Assembly: GCA_963593905.1 (NCBI GenBank)
Contig: CAVBBL010000006.1
Span: 6,139 to 70,138 of the forward strand
Direction: 5' to 3'
DNA: 64,000 bases
Source of the DNA: a bacterium
GTDB lineage: Bacteria > Bacillota > Clostridia > Lachnospirales > Lachnospiraceae
The first letter of the stretch is position 1; each line of letters begins with the position of its first letter. Made by a program: the position numbers and the translations under genes. The notes beneath the pieces were generated by a model, which worked only from the letters and a program-made list of their open reading frames with translations, did no database searches and was not told the origin of the DNA. Positions 50,688-60,275 of the stretch are shown piece by piece.

Positions 50688-51527
50688 TTAACCCTTTACA
50701 GCACCTGCCACTACACCTTCCACAATGTACTTCTGCAGGAAGATAAATACCAGGATAGAGGGGAATACTGCCAGCACCATGCCGGTCATGGCATTCTGCC
50801 ACTGGGTATTCATCTGGCCTACGAAGGTGTAGGCTGCCAGCACCAGGGTCTTGGTCTTGTTGCTGGAGTTAACCATCAGCAGCGGGAGCAGGAAGTCATT
50901 CCAGATCCACATGACATCCAGTACCATTACGGTGACGGTGACGGACTTCAGCAGCGGGAAGATCACGGAAATAAAGGTGCGAATCGTGGTCGCGCCGTCG
51001 ATATGGGCGCTCTCATCCAGTTCCTTCGGAATCGTCTTCATGAAATTATAGAAGATGAAGGTAGCCATGGGAATACCAAAGCCCCAGTACTGGATACCCA
51101 GACCTACCCGAGAGCCGGATAAGTGAATCACGCTCATAGCCTTGAGCAGCGTAATCATGATGGTCTGGAAGGGAATCAGCATCGGTGTGATCAGCAAGGT
51201 GTAGACAATGCCGGTATACTTAGTCTTGCGCCGGTCGCAGATATAAGCGGCCAGTGCAGAGAAAAACAGGATACCCACGATACCGATGACGGTGATGATC
51301 ACGTTATTTCCAAGGAGCTGGAAATAATGCATCTTGTTGATAACGTACTTGTAGTTGTCCAGAGTCGCTGCCTTCGGCATAGCGATGGGGTCTGCAATGA
51401 CCTCTCCGAAGGGCTTAAAGGAATTTACAAACATCAGGAAAACCGGATAGATGTAAACCAATGCCACTACTGTCAGTATAACGATCAGAAGGGTTTTGTT
51501 GAAAATGCGTTTGTTTTTCCTGCTCAT
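50688..51527 (-). CDS. Carbohydrate ABC transporter permease (MalG-like)
   Basis: It has six TM helices and the EAA loop ELDESAHIDGATTIRTFISVIFPLL. Confidence 0.85.
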   Translation of the reverse strand: MSRKNKRIFNKTLLIVILTVVALVYIYPVFLMFVNSFKPFGEVIADPIAMPKAATLDNYKYVINKMHYFQLLGNNVIITVIGIVGILFFSALAAYICDRRKTKYTGIVYTLLITPMLIPFQTIMITLLKAMSVIHLSGSRVGLGIQYWGFGIPMATFIFYNFMKTIPKELDESAHIDGATTIRTFISVIFPLLKSVTVTVMVLDVMWIWNDFLLPLLMVNSSNKTKTLVLAAYTFVGQMNTQWQNAMTGMVLAVFPSILVFIFLQKYIVEGVVAGAVKG

Positions 51528-52414
51528 TACAGATCAACCTCCTTCCGGCTCATTCCTTTCAGTACGATCTGGGTGATCACCAATACGAACAGGAAGTACA
51601 GGATTGCCTCTGCAGAGCCCATGCCGTAGTTATTATTGGTAAAGGCTTCATTGTAGATCTGCAGTGTCGCGCTGTAGCTCGCCTTGCCGGGACCGCCCTT
51701 GGTCAGTGCCAGGATGATATCGAATACCTTGAGGCCGTTGGTCAGGGACATGAATATGCAGGTCGTCATGGAAGGTCCGAGCAGAGGAAGTGTCACCTTA
51801 AAGAAAGTCTGTCTCTTATTGGCACCGTCTACATAAGCGGCTTCCAGTACATCCGTGGGTACAGCCTGCAGACCTGCGATATACAAAACGATGTAGAAGC
51901 CAAGGGACTGCCATACGCCTACAATCACGATGGAGAAAAATACCAAGCTCGTATCTCCCAGCCAGGACAGATTCCAGAGTCCCCAGCCGGTGGATTCATA
52001 CAGAGATTTAAATCCGGAGGTAAAGATGAATTTCCAGATAAAGCCAACCACAGTCATGCTCATGATATAGGGGATAAAGAACATGCCTCTGTAGAGATTG
52101 GCCAGCTTAAATTTCTTCGTCAGTGCCACGGCCAATGCCAGAGCCAGCACATTGGAAAGAATTACAAACAGGATGGTGTAGCGGATTGTAAACCATAAAG
52201 CCGGCAGGAAATCGGAGCTGCCGGAAAAGATCTCTGCAAAGTTCTTAAAACCGATGAATACAGGATCCTTGGAAATACCATTCCACTGTGTCAGGGAATA
52301 GTAGCCGCTCATAAAGAACGGGATGTACATCACCATAACCACTAAAATCACAGCGGGGATGGTGAACAGGAAGTTTTCTCTTCCTTCTTTTTGCTGCCTC
52401 TTTGAAATGTGCAT
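51527..52414 (-). CDS. Carbohydrate ABC transporter permease (MalF-like)
   Basis: The start MHISKRQQKEGRENFLF at 52414 follows GAGGAGGAGGGA. The EAA loop is VLEAAYVDGANKRQTFFKVTLPLL. Confidence 0.85.
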   Translation of the reverse strand: MHISKRQQKEGRENFLFTIPAVILVVMVMYIPFFMSGYYSLTQWNGISKDPVFIGFKNFAEIFSGSSDFLPALWFTIRYTILFVILSNVLALALAVALTKKFKLANLYRGMFFIPYIMSMTVVGFIWKFIFTSGFKSLYESTGWGLWNLSWLGDTSLVFFSIVIVGVWQSLGFYIVLYIAGLQAVPTDVLEAAYVDGANKRQTFFKVTLPLLGPSMTTCIFMSLTNGLKVFDIILALTKGGPGKASYSATLQIYNEAFTNNNYGMGSAEAILYFLFVLVITQIVLKGMSRKEVDL

Positions 52415-52682
52415 TCCCTCCTCCTCTCTTCCTGCCTTCTGTTTTTGCAACTTCAGCAGGTGTATCTTTATATTACATCCGTCATCCTGACGAATAAATG
52501 GAGATTTAAGACCTGCTATCTGTAAAAAAATGACATTCCATGTCGCAAACGTCACTTTTTTATGTTCAATTTGCCCATTCCGTATCCAAGCAGCCATTTG
52601 CCCTTGTCTATGATTTGATGTAAGATGAACAATATAGTTTTGACGTGAACATGAAAAAGCGTAATGATTGTACAGAACTTTA

Positions 52683-52834
52683 TTAATGAACCTTACTGAT
52701 AAACTTTATTGATGAAGCTTACTGATGAACTTAACCGATGAACCTAACTGATGAACTTGACTGATGAACCTAACTGATGAACTTGACTGATGAACCTAAC
52801 TGATGAACTGCATTGATGAACCCTACTGCTATGA
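52683..52834. repeat. 13-bp tandem array, 11-12 units (core TGATGAAC; alternating ACTGATGAACCTA / ACTGATGAACTTG) running into the kinase start codon
   Basis: GATGAAC or a near variant occurs at 52685, 52698, 52711, 52724, 52737, 52750, 52763, 52776, 52789, 52802 and 52815. The period is exactly 13. Confidence 0.9.
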
Positions 52835-54615
52835 AGAATAAATTTTCCATTCCTCTTCTATCACAGGCACAAAGACTCCTTCGGCGCTCTCCTCTGTGGC
52901 TGAGTTTTACAGCCCTCATGGCATTGTGTCTTCTGGTGATGAGCATCACACTGGCCTATTCCAACTACAGAAGAGGTGTCAACAATTCCATCCGCAGGCA
53001 GAATGAGTCTATGGCCCAGATGGTAGATCTGAAATTCCAGAATCTGGATCAATATCTCTCAGAACTGGCGGATTTTTGCGTACTGCCGGTAAATGATTCG
53101 GACTTTTACAATACGCTCCTTTCCTATAATTATATAAACGACGCCAAGACCAATGCCCTCCGGCAGACCGCCAATCTGTATTATTATTCCCGAACAGACT
53201 TACTCTCCTACCGGCTCTCCAGTCTGCGGCACGGCATCTGTTTCTCCAGGTCAGGCTCTGACCAGCGTATGCGGGTGATTCAGGAATATTTTAATTACAA
53301 GGATCCGATTTACTTACAGTGTCTGGAGAATCCCTCCCACTATGCGATCACACCTTCCGAAAATGAAGATGCTCTTTTCACCTATTCTCATACGATTTTT
53401 CGGATCAGCGATGGAGCTCCCATCGCCTTAGTGTCCATCGATGTAAATAAAACCGCCATGACCACAGGATTTAAAGACCAGATCACCGTACTTTACAACA
53501 GAGACGGGGAAATGCTCTACACCAACAAACCGTCCCTGCAAAGCTATCTGGAGAATATCCTTGGAGATACTGTTTCGGTCAATACTGCTTCCGACAGCAC
53601 CCTCCTCCTGAAGGGAGAAGAATATCTGCAGTATGCCGGGAGCGATGACAGCTCCGGCCTGACGCTGCTGGTGCTGACGCCTCTTTCCAGTATTAAAGGC
53701 GAACTCCGAAATATCCAGATTTCCTCTCTGCTTCAGGGACTGATTTTTCTGCTTTTCTCGGTGGCTGTTTCCTTTTTGATCATCCGGTATCTGACCCAGC
53801 CATTGACGGCTCTGACCAAATTTCAGCTCCGGGTAGGTTCCGGTGAATATCCCCGGATCAGATTGGGAAGAAGCAAGGAGGCTGCCCAGTTGGGAGAATC
53901 CTTTAACGAGATGTCAGAGCGCATCGATCGACTGGTCAACGATAACCTGATGTCCTCTCTGAATGAGAAAAATGCCCGAATCGAAGCCCTGGAGGCCCAG
54001 GTAAATCCCCATTTTCTCTATAATACGCTGCAGGCCATCGGCTCAGAAGCTCTCCTAAATGACGAGCCCCAGATCTATGAAATGATCACCAGACTTGCCT
54101 CCAACATGCGCTATGCCATCAACGGTTCCCGGGAGGTAACGCTCCAGCAGGAGCTGGAATTCGTGGACAATTATATAGAGCTGCAAAAGCTGCGGATGGA
54201 GGATCGTCTCCAGGTCACCCGGCGTATCGACCAGACTCTGCTAAAGCAAAGAGTACCCAAGTGCGCCCTGCAGCTGATCGCAGAAAACTCCATCAAATAC
54301 GGCCTGCAGGGAGATATCAGCTGCCTGCATCTGGAGATCGACATCTTCCGCCAGGGCGGTCAGCTGGTGATCCGTGTCCTTGACAACGGCGCCGGCATGA
54401 CACCGGAGAGGCTTAAGCAGGTGCAGGAAAATCTGCACAGTTTCCAGGATGCCGTGGCAGACAATGCACCTGTTTCCTCCTCTTCCGGCATCGGTCTGGC
54501 CAATCTCTGCAGCCGGTTAAAGATCATGTACGACGACCAGGCACGAATCGAGATCCAGAGCAGCTGCAGCAAAGAGGACCATCATACCTGTGTCACGTTA
54601 GTACTGGATTTGTAG
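52831..54615 (+). CDS. YesM-type sensor histidine kinase (HAMP + His_kinase + HATPase)
   Basis: It has two TM helices flanking a sensor domain of about 260 aa. The motifs are EAQVNPHFLYNTLQAI, IAENSIKYG, DNGAGM and GIGLANL. The start is uncertain because no SD precedes 52831, 52816 or 52813. Confidence 0.85.
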   Translation: MKNKFSIPLLSQAQRLLRRSPLWLSFTALMALCLLVMSITLAYSNYRRGVNNSIRRQNESMAQMVDLKFQNLDQYLSELADFCVLPVNDSDFYNTLLSYNYINDAKTNALRQTANLYYYSRTDLLSYRLSSLRHGICFSRSGSDQRMRVIQEYFNYKDPIYLQCLENPSHYAITPSENEDALFTYSHTIFRISDGAPIALVSIDVNKTAMTTGFKDQITVLYNRDGEMLYTNKPSLQSYLENILGDTVSVNTASDSTLLLKGEEYLQYAGSDDSSGLTLLVLTPLSSIKGELRNIQISSLLQGLIFLLFSVAVSFLIIRYLTQPLTALTKFQLRVGSGEYPRIRLGRSKEAAQLGESFNEMSERIDRLVNDNLMSSLNEKNARIEALEAQVNPHFLYNTLQAIGSEALLNDEPQIYEMITRLASNMRYAINGSREVTLQQELEFVDNYIELQKLRMEDRLQVTRRIDQTLLKQRVPKCALQLIAENSIKYGLQGDISCLHLEIDIFRQGGQLVIRVLDNGAGMTPERLKQVQENLHSFQDAVADNAPVSSSSGIGLANLCSRLKIMYDDQARIEIQSSCSKEDHHTCVTLVLDL

Positions 54616-54671
54616 CACTTAAAAAAACACCCCAGCGATCACCGCTGAGAAAGGCAGATAAGGTTTCTGAT

Positions 54672-55436
54672 ATGCATAAAGTATTGATCATTGATGACGA
54701 AAAGCCCGTGCGCATCGCTATCAGCAAATTAGGCCAATGGGACAAGTGGCATTTGGATCCGCCCTACTATGCCTCCGACGGAAAGGAGGCACTGGCGATG
54801 CTCTCTGAGCTCTCTCCCGCCATTGTCTTTGTAGATATGCAGATGCCGGTGATGAACGGCGTGGAATTCCTGCGGCAGGCCAGTGCCAGAGAAAATAAAC
54901 CCGCCTTTGTCGTCATCAGCGGTTACGATGACTTCACCTACGCCCAAAGCGCCATTCACTACGGCGTCAGCGAGTATCTTCTAAAGCCGGTGGTGGCAGC
55001 AGAGCTCAATGAAGCCATCGGCCGGGTCATGACCGCCCGCTATCCCCAGGAAGACTTCTCCGTAGAGTCCAGAACCTCCACCCTGAACGCCAATGAGGTG
55101 GTGGATCTCATCCACCAGACCATTGAGACCAACTATGCGGAGAATATGCAGATTCAGGATTTCGCCGACAAATATTTCTTTTCCAGAGAGTATCTCTCCC
55201 GTCTCTTTAAGGCCAAATACCATGTCGGCATCTACGAATATCTCACGGAAGTGCGCATGAAAAGGGCCGCACAGCTGCTGTGCGACCCTTCGATCCCCGT
55301 ATCCGATATTTCCGTCCGGGTAGGTTATGCGGATAATAATTACTTCTCCAAGGCCTTTAAGAATGCCTGGGGGATGTCACCCAGTGAGTATCGGAAAACT
55401 GCTGTCCCACACGACACCCCAATTCATAAAGACTGA
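54672..55436 (+). CDS. YesN-type response regulator (REC + AraC-type HTH)
   Basis: It has MHKVLIIDDEKPVR, VFVDMQMPVMNG, and a C-terminal AraC HTH ending GYADNNYFSKAFKNAWGMSPSEYRK. Confidence 0.9.
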   Translation: MHKVLIIDDEKPVRIAISKLGQWDKWHLDPPYYASDGKEALAMLSELSPAIVFVDMQMPVMNGVEFLRQASARENKPAFVVISGYDDFTYAQSAIHYGVSEYLLKPVVAAELNEAIGRVMTARYPQEDFSVESRTSTLNANEVVDLIHQTIETNYAENMQIQDFADKYFFSREYLSRLFKAKYHVGIYEYLTEVRMKRAAQLLCDPSIPVSDISVRVGYADNNYFSKAFKNAWGMSPSEYRKTAVPHDTPIHKD

Positions 55437-56391
55437 AGTCCTTTGTAAATCTGTCTCTGGCATTACGGCATATCTGTGCATACAGCTTTTCATCTTCCAG
55501 CCGATGCAGTGCCTTCCAAAGTGCTTCCTTCTTTTTAGGGATAATAAAGCCTGTTTTTCCATCCTCTATATAGTCCCTGATGGCATCATTTTCCGTAACA
55601 ATGACCGGCTTTCCCAGCATCGCTGTCTGCAGCACTACCAGCTGACCAGAAGAAAACTCCTTTTCACGAAGCGGGATAATTACCGCCCTGGCATCTGCAA
55701 GCAGCCGCAGATAGTCATCTCCATGACAGTTTTTCTCATAGTGTATTCTCTCTGTGTCCTGCGCACTTTCTCTGTCACTGACGATACAAAGGTCGTCACA
55801 TCGTCCGTTCCATGCCTCCCGCAGAAAATCATAATCCCTGTTGCTGCGCCCTGCAGCCAGATAAAAGGAGCCTGTTCTCTTTGGTTTCCTACCTTTTATT
55901 TTCTCTGAAATATCTGCGATTCCCAGAATCTCTGCCTTAAATTTATCCTCCGGTACACCAAAAAGCTTCCTGTAACTTTCGATCTCACTCCTGCCGAACA
56001 CGTAGATTCTCCGAATGTAAGGAGAAGTCACTGCACTGCGGACAAACTGAAAATAAATCCTTCCGATTATTCCTTTTTTGGGACGGTAAATGAATGTCAT
56101 AATGTCCACAGGCGGACACTTTCTGCAATGGAAAACACGAAGATAAAAGGCCAATACCAGACCGAAAAACTGTTCCCAGGAGAGAATCACTTCATAACGA
56201 TTGCGCACTGCCATCAGATAGATTGGATAGAAGACATACTTTAAATATCTGGTATATTTTTTGATTCCCGTGTATTCATTAATATACCAGCGCCGCACCT
56301 CCCATTGCTGTCCCGTTGTCTTTTCTATTCCCTTTTGAAATTCCCAATCCATCGGCACCGGATTCCCGGCCAGGATCAATCTCTTCTTCAT
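55357..56391 (-). CDS. GT4-like (GT-B fold) glycosyltransferase
   Basis: The C-terminal half has an E-x7-E-like region (EFSSGQLVVLQTAMLGKPVIVTENDAIRDYIEDGKTGFII). It lies in the polysaccharide cluster. Confidence 0.7.
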   Translation of the reverse strand: MKKRLILAGNPVPMDWEFQKGIEKTTGQQWEVRRWYINEYTGIKKYTRYLKYVFYPIYLMAVRNRYEVILSWEQFFGLVLAFYLRVFHCRKCPPVDIMTFIYRPKKGIIGRIYFQFVRSAVTSPYIRRIYVFGRSEIESYRKLFGVPEDKFKAEILGIADISEKIKGRKPKRTGSFYLAAGRSNRDYDFLREAWNGRCDDLCIVSDRESAQDTERIHYEKNCHGDDYLRLLADARAVIIPLREKEFSSGQLVVLQTAMLGKPVIVTENDAIRDYIEDGKTGFIIPKKKEALWKALHRLEDEKLYAQICRNARDRFTKDFSLYELGCRVGQQFSDTHWVTSPRHS

Positions 56392-56523
56392 GCTGTCCGC
56401 TCTCTTTTCTTCTTTTTTCTTTTTTCTTTCTTCTTTCTGCTTTCTGCTTTCCTCCCATGTACTTCCGGGGATGTTTCTTTGTATTCCTTTCTGTTACTCA
56501 TATTTCTTTCTGTAACTGCTGTT

Positions 56524-57738
56524 CTATAATCGTTCAGGGCTTTTACTCCACAGTGCATTGTAGGCATCCACAATCTGTTTCCAGGCATAGTGCTCTCTGA
56601 TTCTCTTCTTTGCCTTTTCCCCCATTGCAACCTTCTCCGGCTCTGTCAGAGCGTCTGCCCTGTCTATCAGGGCTGCAAGATTTCCCTCCTCTTTTGTCCA
56701 GTACAGCGCTGCGTCCTGTGCCACCTCCTCGTTAAAGGATACCTGCAGCAGCAGATTTACCCTGGTCGCCCCCAGGCTCTCCAAAAGACTGGGATTCGTA
56801 CCTCCCACCTCGTGCCCGTGCAAATAGCCGCTGGCATTCTCTCTTAATGCTGTCAGCAATGTCTGATCATAGACTGCCCCCGGAAAACAGATCCGCGAAT
56901 CCCCTGAAAAATGCAATCTTTCATCCAGACTATGGCGATATCTTTCGTTTTCGGTCATGACCAGCAGCAGCTTTCGTTTTGTTTTGCTTTTCATGAATTC
57001 CCGCAGCATGATTTCGATATTATTCTCTGCAACAAAACGGCATACTACCAGATAATAACCATCCCGTTCCAGTCCATGCTTTCTGTAAAAGCAATCTAAT
57101 GCTTTGCTTTGTTCTGCCGTGCCGTTGCCTGATATCTTTGCTCCATAAGGAATAAAGGTGGTGCGAGGCTGATAAGAAGCATAGGTCTGTCGGATATACG
57201 TTTCTATTTGTCTGCTGTCACAGATGACCAGATCTGACTCCCGGATCATCTGACGCTCCGACATTTTCCAGTATTTTTGCACCGGACGAGGCCATTTTCT
57301 CCTCTTCCATTCGTGACCGTCCGGATTAATATGCAGTTCCCCTCCCAGTTCTCTGATCCGATGGGAGAGCAACCGAATCATCGGTCCGATGCGGCAGGTG
57401 AGAATATAGATAACCGGTTCTTTGATCTCCTTCTCACGGCAATATTGCAGGCAATAATGCACGGCGGCTGTATCGTACCATATAGCCGTTGCCGATCCCA
57501 GCTTCGGCACCGGAAGCTTGACGCAGTGTACGCCGTGATACATAAATTCCATGGAACTGACAGGCTGTACATTTTCCAGCGTGCTCTCGTCCATACAGCC
57601 GCTCCCATTGGCCTTGCACATAATATGAAGCTGTATATCTGTAAGATAATTGCTGTGGCGGGCCAGTTCCTGCACAAAGGTTTCATATCCGCCGTAGTGT
57701 CCGATGGATTTGGCACCGCATATAAATACATGTCTCAT
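56524..57738 (-). CDS. DUF1972-type GT4 glycosyltransferase (WchF/RgpA-like rhamnosyltransferase family)
   Basis: The N-terminus MRHVFICGAKSIGHYGGYETFVQEL is characteristic of DUF1972. The C-terminus has GHEVGGTNPSLLESLG. Confidence 0.7.
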   Translation of the reverse strand: MRHVFICGAKSIGHYGGYETFVQELARHSNYLTDIQLHIMCKANGSGCMDESTLENVQPVSSMEFMYHGVHCVKLPVPKLGSATAIWYDTAAVHYCLQYCREKEIKEPVIYILTCRIGPMIRLLSHRIRELGGELHINPDGHEWKRRKWPRPVQKYWKMSERQMIRESDLVICDSRQIETYIRQTYASYQPRTTFIPYGAKISGNGTAEQSKALDCFYRKHGLERDGYYLVVCRFVAENNIEIMLREFMKSKTKRKLLLVMTENERYRHSLDERLHFSGDSRICFPGAVYDQTLLTALRENASGYLHGHEVGGTNPSLLESLGATRVNLLLQVSFNEEVAQDAALYWTKEEGNLAALIDRADALTEPEKVAMGEKAKKRIREHYAWKQIVDAYNALWSKSPERL

Positions 57739-58635
57739 CTATACCCCTTTACACCGCAGCTTTGCTGCAGAAATCTTAAAAATCCCTGGAAAATACCACC
57801 TCGCCAGAAGAAGATATTTCCTGCTCTGCCCAGGATCTGTTTTTCTTATTTGCCGATAACCGCTTAGCAGATCCTTTACGATATGAAGCGAGAGTGCAGG
57901 ACTTTGGACAGGTAGTGCAGGATAATACTCTTTTAGCAGAGTAAAGGCGGCATAGATCCGCTCCGTTCCCCGGCTAATGGAGTCTGCGCCGATATAGTAA
58001 TCCACCAGCGCCTCCTTCATGCAATAAATCCTGTATTTTTGCACTGCATGAATAAACCACTCCAGATCCTGATAGCGCGGCATCTCAGGACGAAAGGATA
58101 TATGATCCAAGACAGAACGTCTTGTTAAAATAGTCTGGGTTCCTATCCCGAAAAGATCGTCTTTCGCAGTAAGGAATCCCCCTCCTGCCCGTTTGGGGCA
58201 TTGAATCACGCCTCCCTCCATACCGAAACGATTCATTTTGCAAACCACTATATCGGCATGTGTTTCTTTCATTACCTGCATCTGTCTGATCAGTTTATCC
58301 GGATGCCAGCAATCATCACTGTCATGGAAGGCGATGTATTCTCCCTTTGCCAGAGCTGCACCGTGATTTCTCGCAGCACAGGCCCCTGCATTTGTCTGAT
58401 AGACATAATGAAGCCGAGGATCATCGATACTCTCTATCACTGCTCTGGTCTCATCTGTCGAGCCGTCATCTATAAGGAGCAGTTCCAACCTGTCGTAGCT
58501 TTGAGAAAGCACGCTCTCCACTGCCTTTTTCACCACTGCTGCCCGATTGTACGACGGTATGATTACCGACACCAGGGGCTGTTGTACATTTGGGGTCATT
58601 TTACATTTACAGTCATTTTCCCTCATTTTTTCCAC
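57739..58635 (-). CDS. GT2-family glycosyltransferase
   Basis: It has VSVIIPSYNRAAVVKKAVESVLSQSY, LLLIDDGSTDET and the DxD motif FHDSDD. Confidence 0.85.
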   Translation of the reverse strand: MEKMRENDCKCKMTPNVQQPLVSVIIPSYNRAAVVKKAVESVLSQSYDRLELLLIDDGSTDETRAVIESIDDPRLHYVYQTNAGACAARNHGAALAKGEYIAFHDSDDCWHPDKLIRQMQVMKETHADIVVCKMNRFGMEGGVIQCPKRAGGGFLTAKDDLFGIGTQTILTRRSVLDHISFRPEMPRYQDLEWFIHAVQKYRIYCMKEALVDYYIGADSISRGTERIYAAFTLLKEYYPALPVQSPALSLHIVKDLLSGYRQIRKTDPGQSRKYLLLARWYFPGIFKISAAKLRCKGV

Positions 58636-58643
58636 AACCTGTC

Positions 58644-60173
58644 TTATGCATTTCTGCCCCTTTTTTTGAGCATACGTGCTTCCTCTCTTCTTGTATGTAT
58701 CATGGAACGATAAGTCTTTATTGTCTTGCGAAGGCCTAATTTGCGAAGCCGTCCCATCCCTCTGTGTATTTTCTCCAGAAAGTCCTGTCCAGCCTTTTCC
58801 CCCTGTCTTTTGTGACCGCCATAGGGAATGGCTGCCATCTCCGGGCAGGCCTTTTCCACAATCTTATATTGATGATGATTAATGATCCGCTCTTCCTTGG
58901 GAAATTCCATCAGCATTGTCATCAGATAACGACAATTGGCCGGCTGCAGGGACCTCACGTGATCAAAAAGGGTAAAGCCTGTCTCAATGGCAGAAAGCCA
59001 GCAGCCGTTTCTCTGATCCCAGTAAAAAACATTGCAGGGCGAGAGTCCTTTCTGCGGATGCTCCCTGTGCCAGGCAAAATATTCCTGCATGGATTTTTCT
59101 TCCAAGGATCCTTTTTGTACGCCGAACCAGTCATAAAAATCAAATCCCGGGCCATCAGCTGTGAAACTTCGTCTGTACCATTCCATGACATTCGGCCATA
59201 CACCGCTTCGCAGCAGTGCCGCATCTCCAAACTGATCTGTCAGGGAATCAAATTGACGGTGTGCATAATACAGACGATCCTCGTCCCAGATCTGTCCGGA
59301 AATATGATCCTGATATACTGCTGACCGCAAAGCAGCATCTTCTCGTTTCTGTCGCGGAATTTCATAATGTGTTATCCCTGCAGCGCTGCAGAGCTTTTTG
59401 GGCACAGCCAGATCATCAACATAAATCTCGTCATGCCACAGCGTAAAGGCCTCAAACTCGATCCCGGCATGTTTTGCTAACGCCAAAAGCGTTCGGCTGT
59501 CATGACCGCCGGTGATGGCCACCAGCAATTTGGTGTCCGGCAGTGCTTCCTGCATCTGACAAAGAGAAAAATCAAAGCAATCAATGATCCGTTCAAGCCG
59601 CTCCTCTTCGTTTGCAATTCCCGGATAATGGGCAGCTAGAAGCTGACGGGGGATCACTCTTCCTTCTTCATAGTCATAAAGCTGACTGGGAAGGAGATGG
59701 CGCACACCCGCATATTGAGTAAGAGGCCCCGGCATCCAATTCATAATCCTATGTTCCGGCATCTCATAATTTTTTCTTTGTCCCCCTGCCAGTTCTTCCA
59801 AAAACGTGCAGTCACCGGCAACGCCTTCCGCTGAATAGAAAACCGGCAGCAAACTGCAGGCATCTGTATAGATCACGCCTTGACACAAAAGAAGGTAGCG
59901 GCCGCACCAGCTCTCTTCCATCTCCAGGATATCCTCCTGTCTGATTTCTCCCGGGCATCGCTCACAGAGTTTTTCTATTTCTTCGGCAGGTTTACCTTTT
60001 TCCGGCAGGAACTGCCATGCAATCCCCAACAGCAGTATCCTGCCATCCTTACTGCTCTGCAGCGGAAGATCCTGATGGTAATGCAAAATCCATCCCCCCG
60101 CAAGTTCCCTGTAACAGAATTCAGGCAAAGATATTCTTTTTTTCAGAATTGCATATTGACCTTTTTCACTCAT
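58644..60173 (-). CDS. Asparagine-synthetase-B-like ATP-dependent amide ligase (PP-loop), lacking the N-terminal Cys nucleophile
   Basis: The PP-loop is LVAITGGHDSRTLLAL. The N-domain resembles AsnB (WCGRYLLLCQGVIYTDACSLLPVFY versus GxFAFxLxD...RDxxGxKPLYY). The protein starts MSEKGQ, not MCG. The start at 60173 follows GGGGATAAAA. Confidence 0.6.
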   Translation of the reverse strand: MSEKGQYAILKKRISLPEFCYRELAGGWILHYHQDLPLQSSKDGRILLLGIAWQFLPEKGKPAEEIEKLCERCPGEIRQEDILEMEESWCGRYLLLCQGVIYTDACSLLPVFYSAEGVAGDCTFLEELAGGQRKNYEMPEHRIMNWMPGPLTQYAGVRHLLPSQLYDYEEGRVIPRQLLAAHYPGIANEEERLERIIDCFDFSLCQMQEALPDTKLLVAITGGHDSRTLLALAKHAGIEFEAFTLWHDEIYVDDLAVPKKLCSAAGITHYEIPRQKREDAALRSAVYQDHISGQIWDEDRLYYAHRQFDSLTDQFGDAALLRSGVWPNVMEWYRRSFTADGPGFDFYDWFGVQKGSLEEKSMQEYFAWHREHPQKGLSPCNVFYWDQRNGCWLSAIETGFTLFDHVRSLQPANCRYLMTMLMEFPKEERIINHHQYKIVEKACPEMAAIPYGGHKRQGEKAGQDFLEKIHRGMGRLRKLGLRKTIKTYRSMIHTRREEARMLKKRGRNA

Positions 60174-60275
60174 TTTTATCCCCATTCCTAAGCAGCAATA
60201 CTCCGAAGATGCGGCGAGAATTTCAGATTCTCGTCACCATCAGGCTCCATTCTGTAATGACCCGCAACGGTCAAA

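Noticed and set aside
52683-52834. CRISPR array or overlapping 8-codon uORFs in the 13-bp array; also the 12-, 14- and 15-bp arrays elsewhere
   Set aside because: The units are contiguous with no unique spacers and are far shorter than CRISPR repeats. No cas genes are present. The uORFs (ATG..TGA every two units) lack SDs and follow automatically from the TGATGA core.
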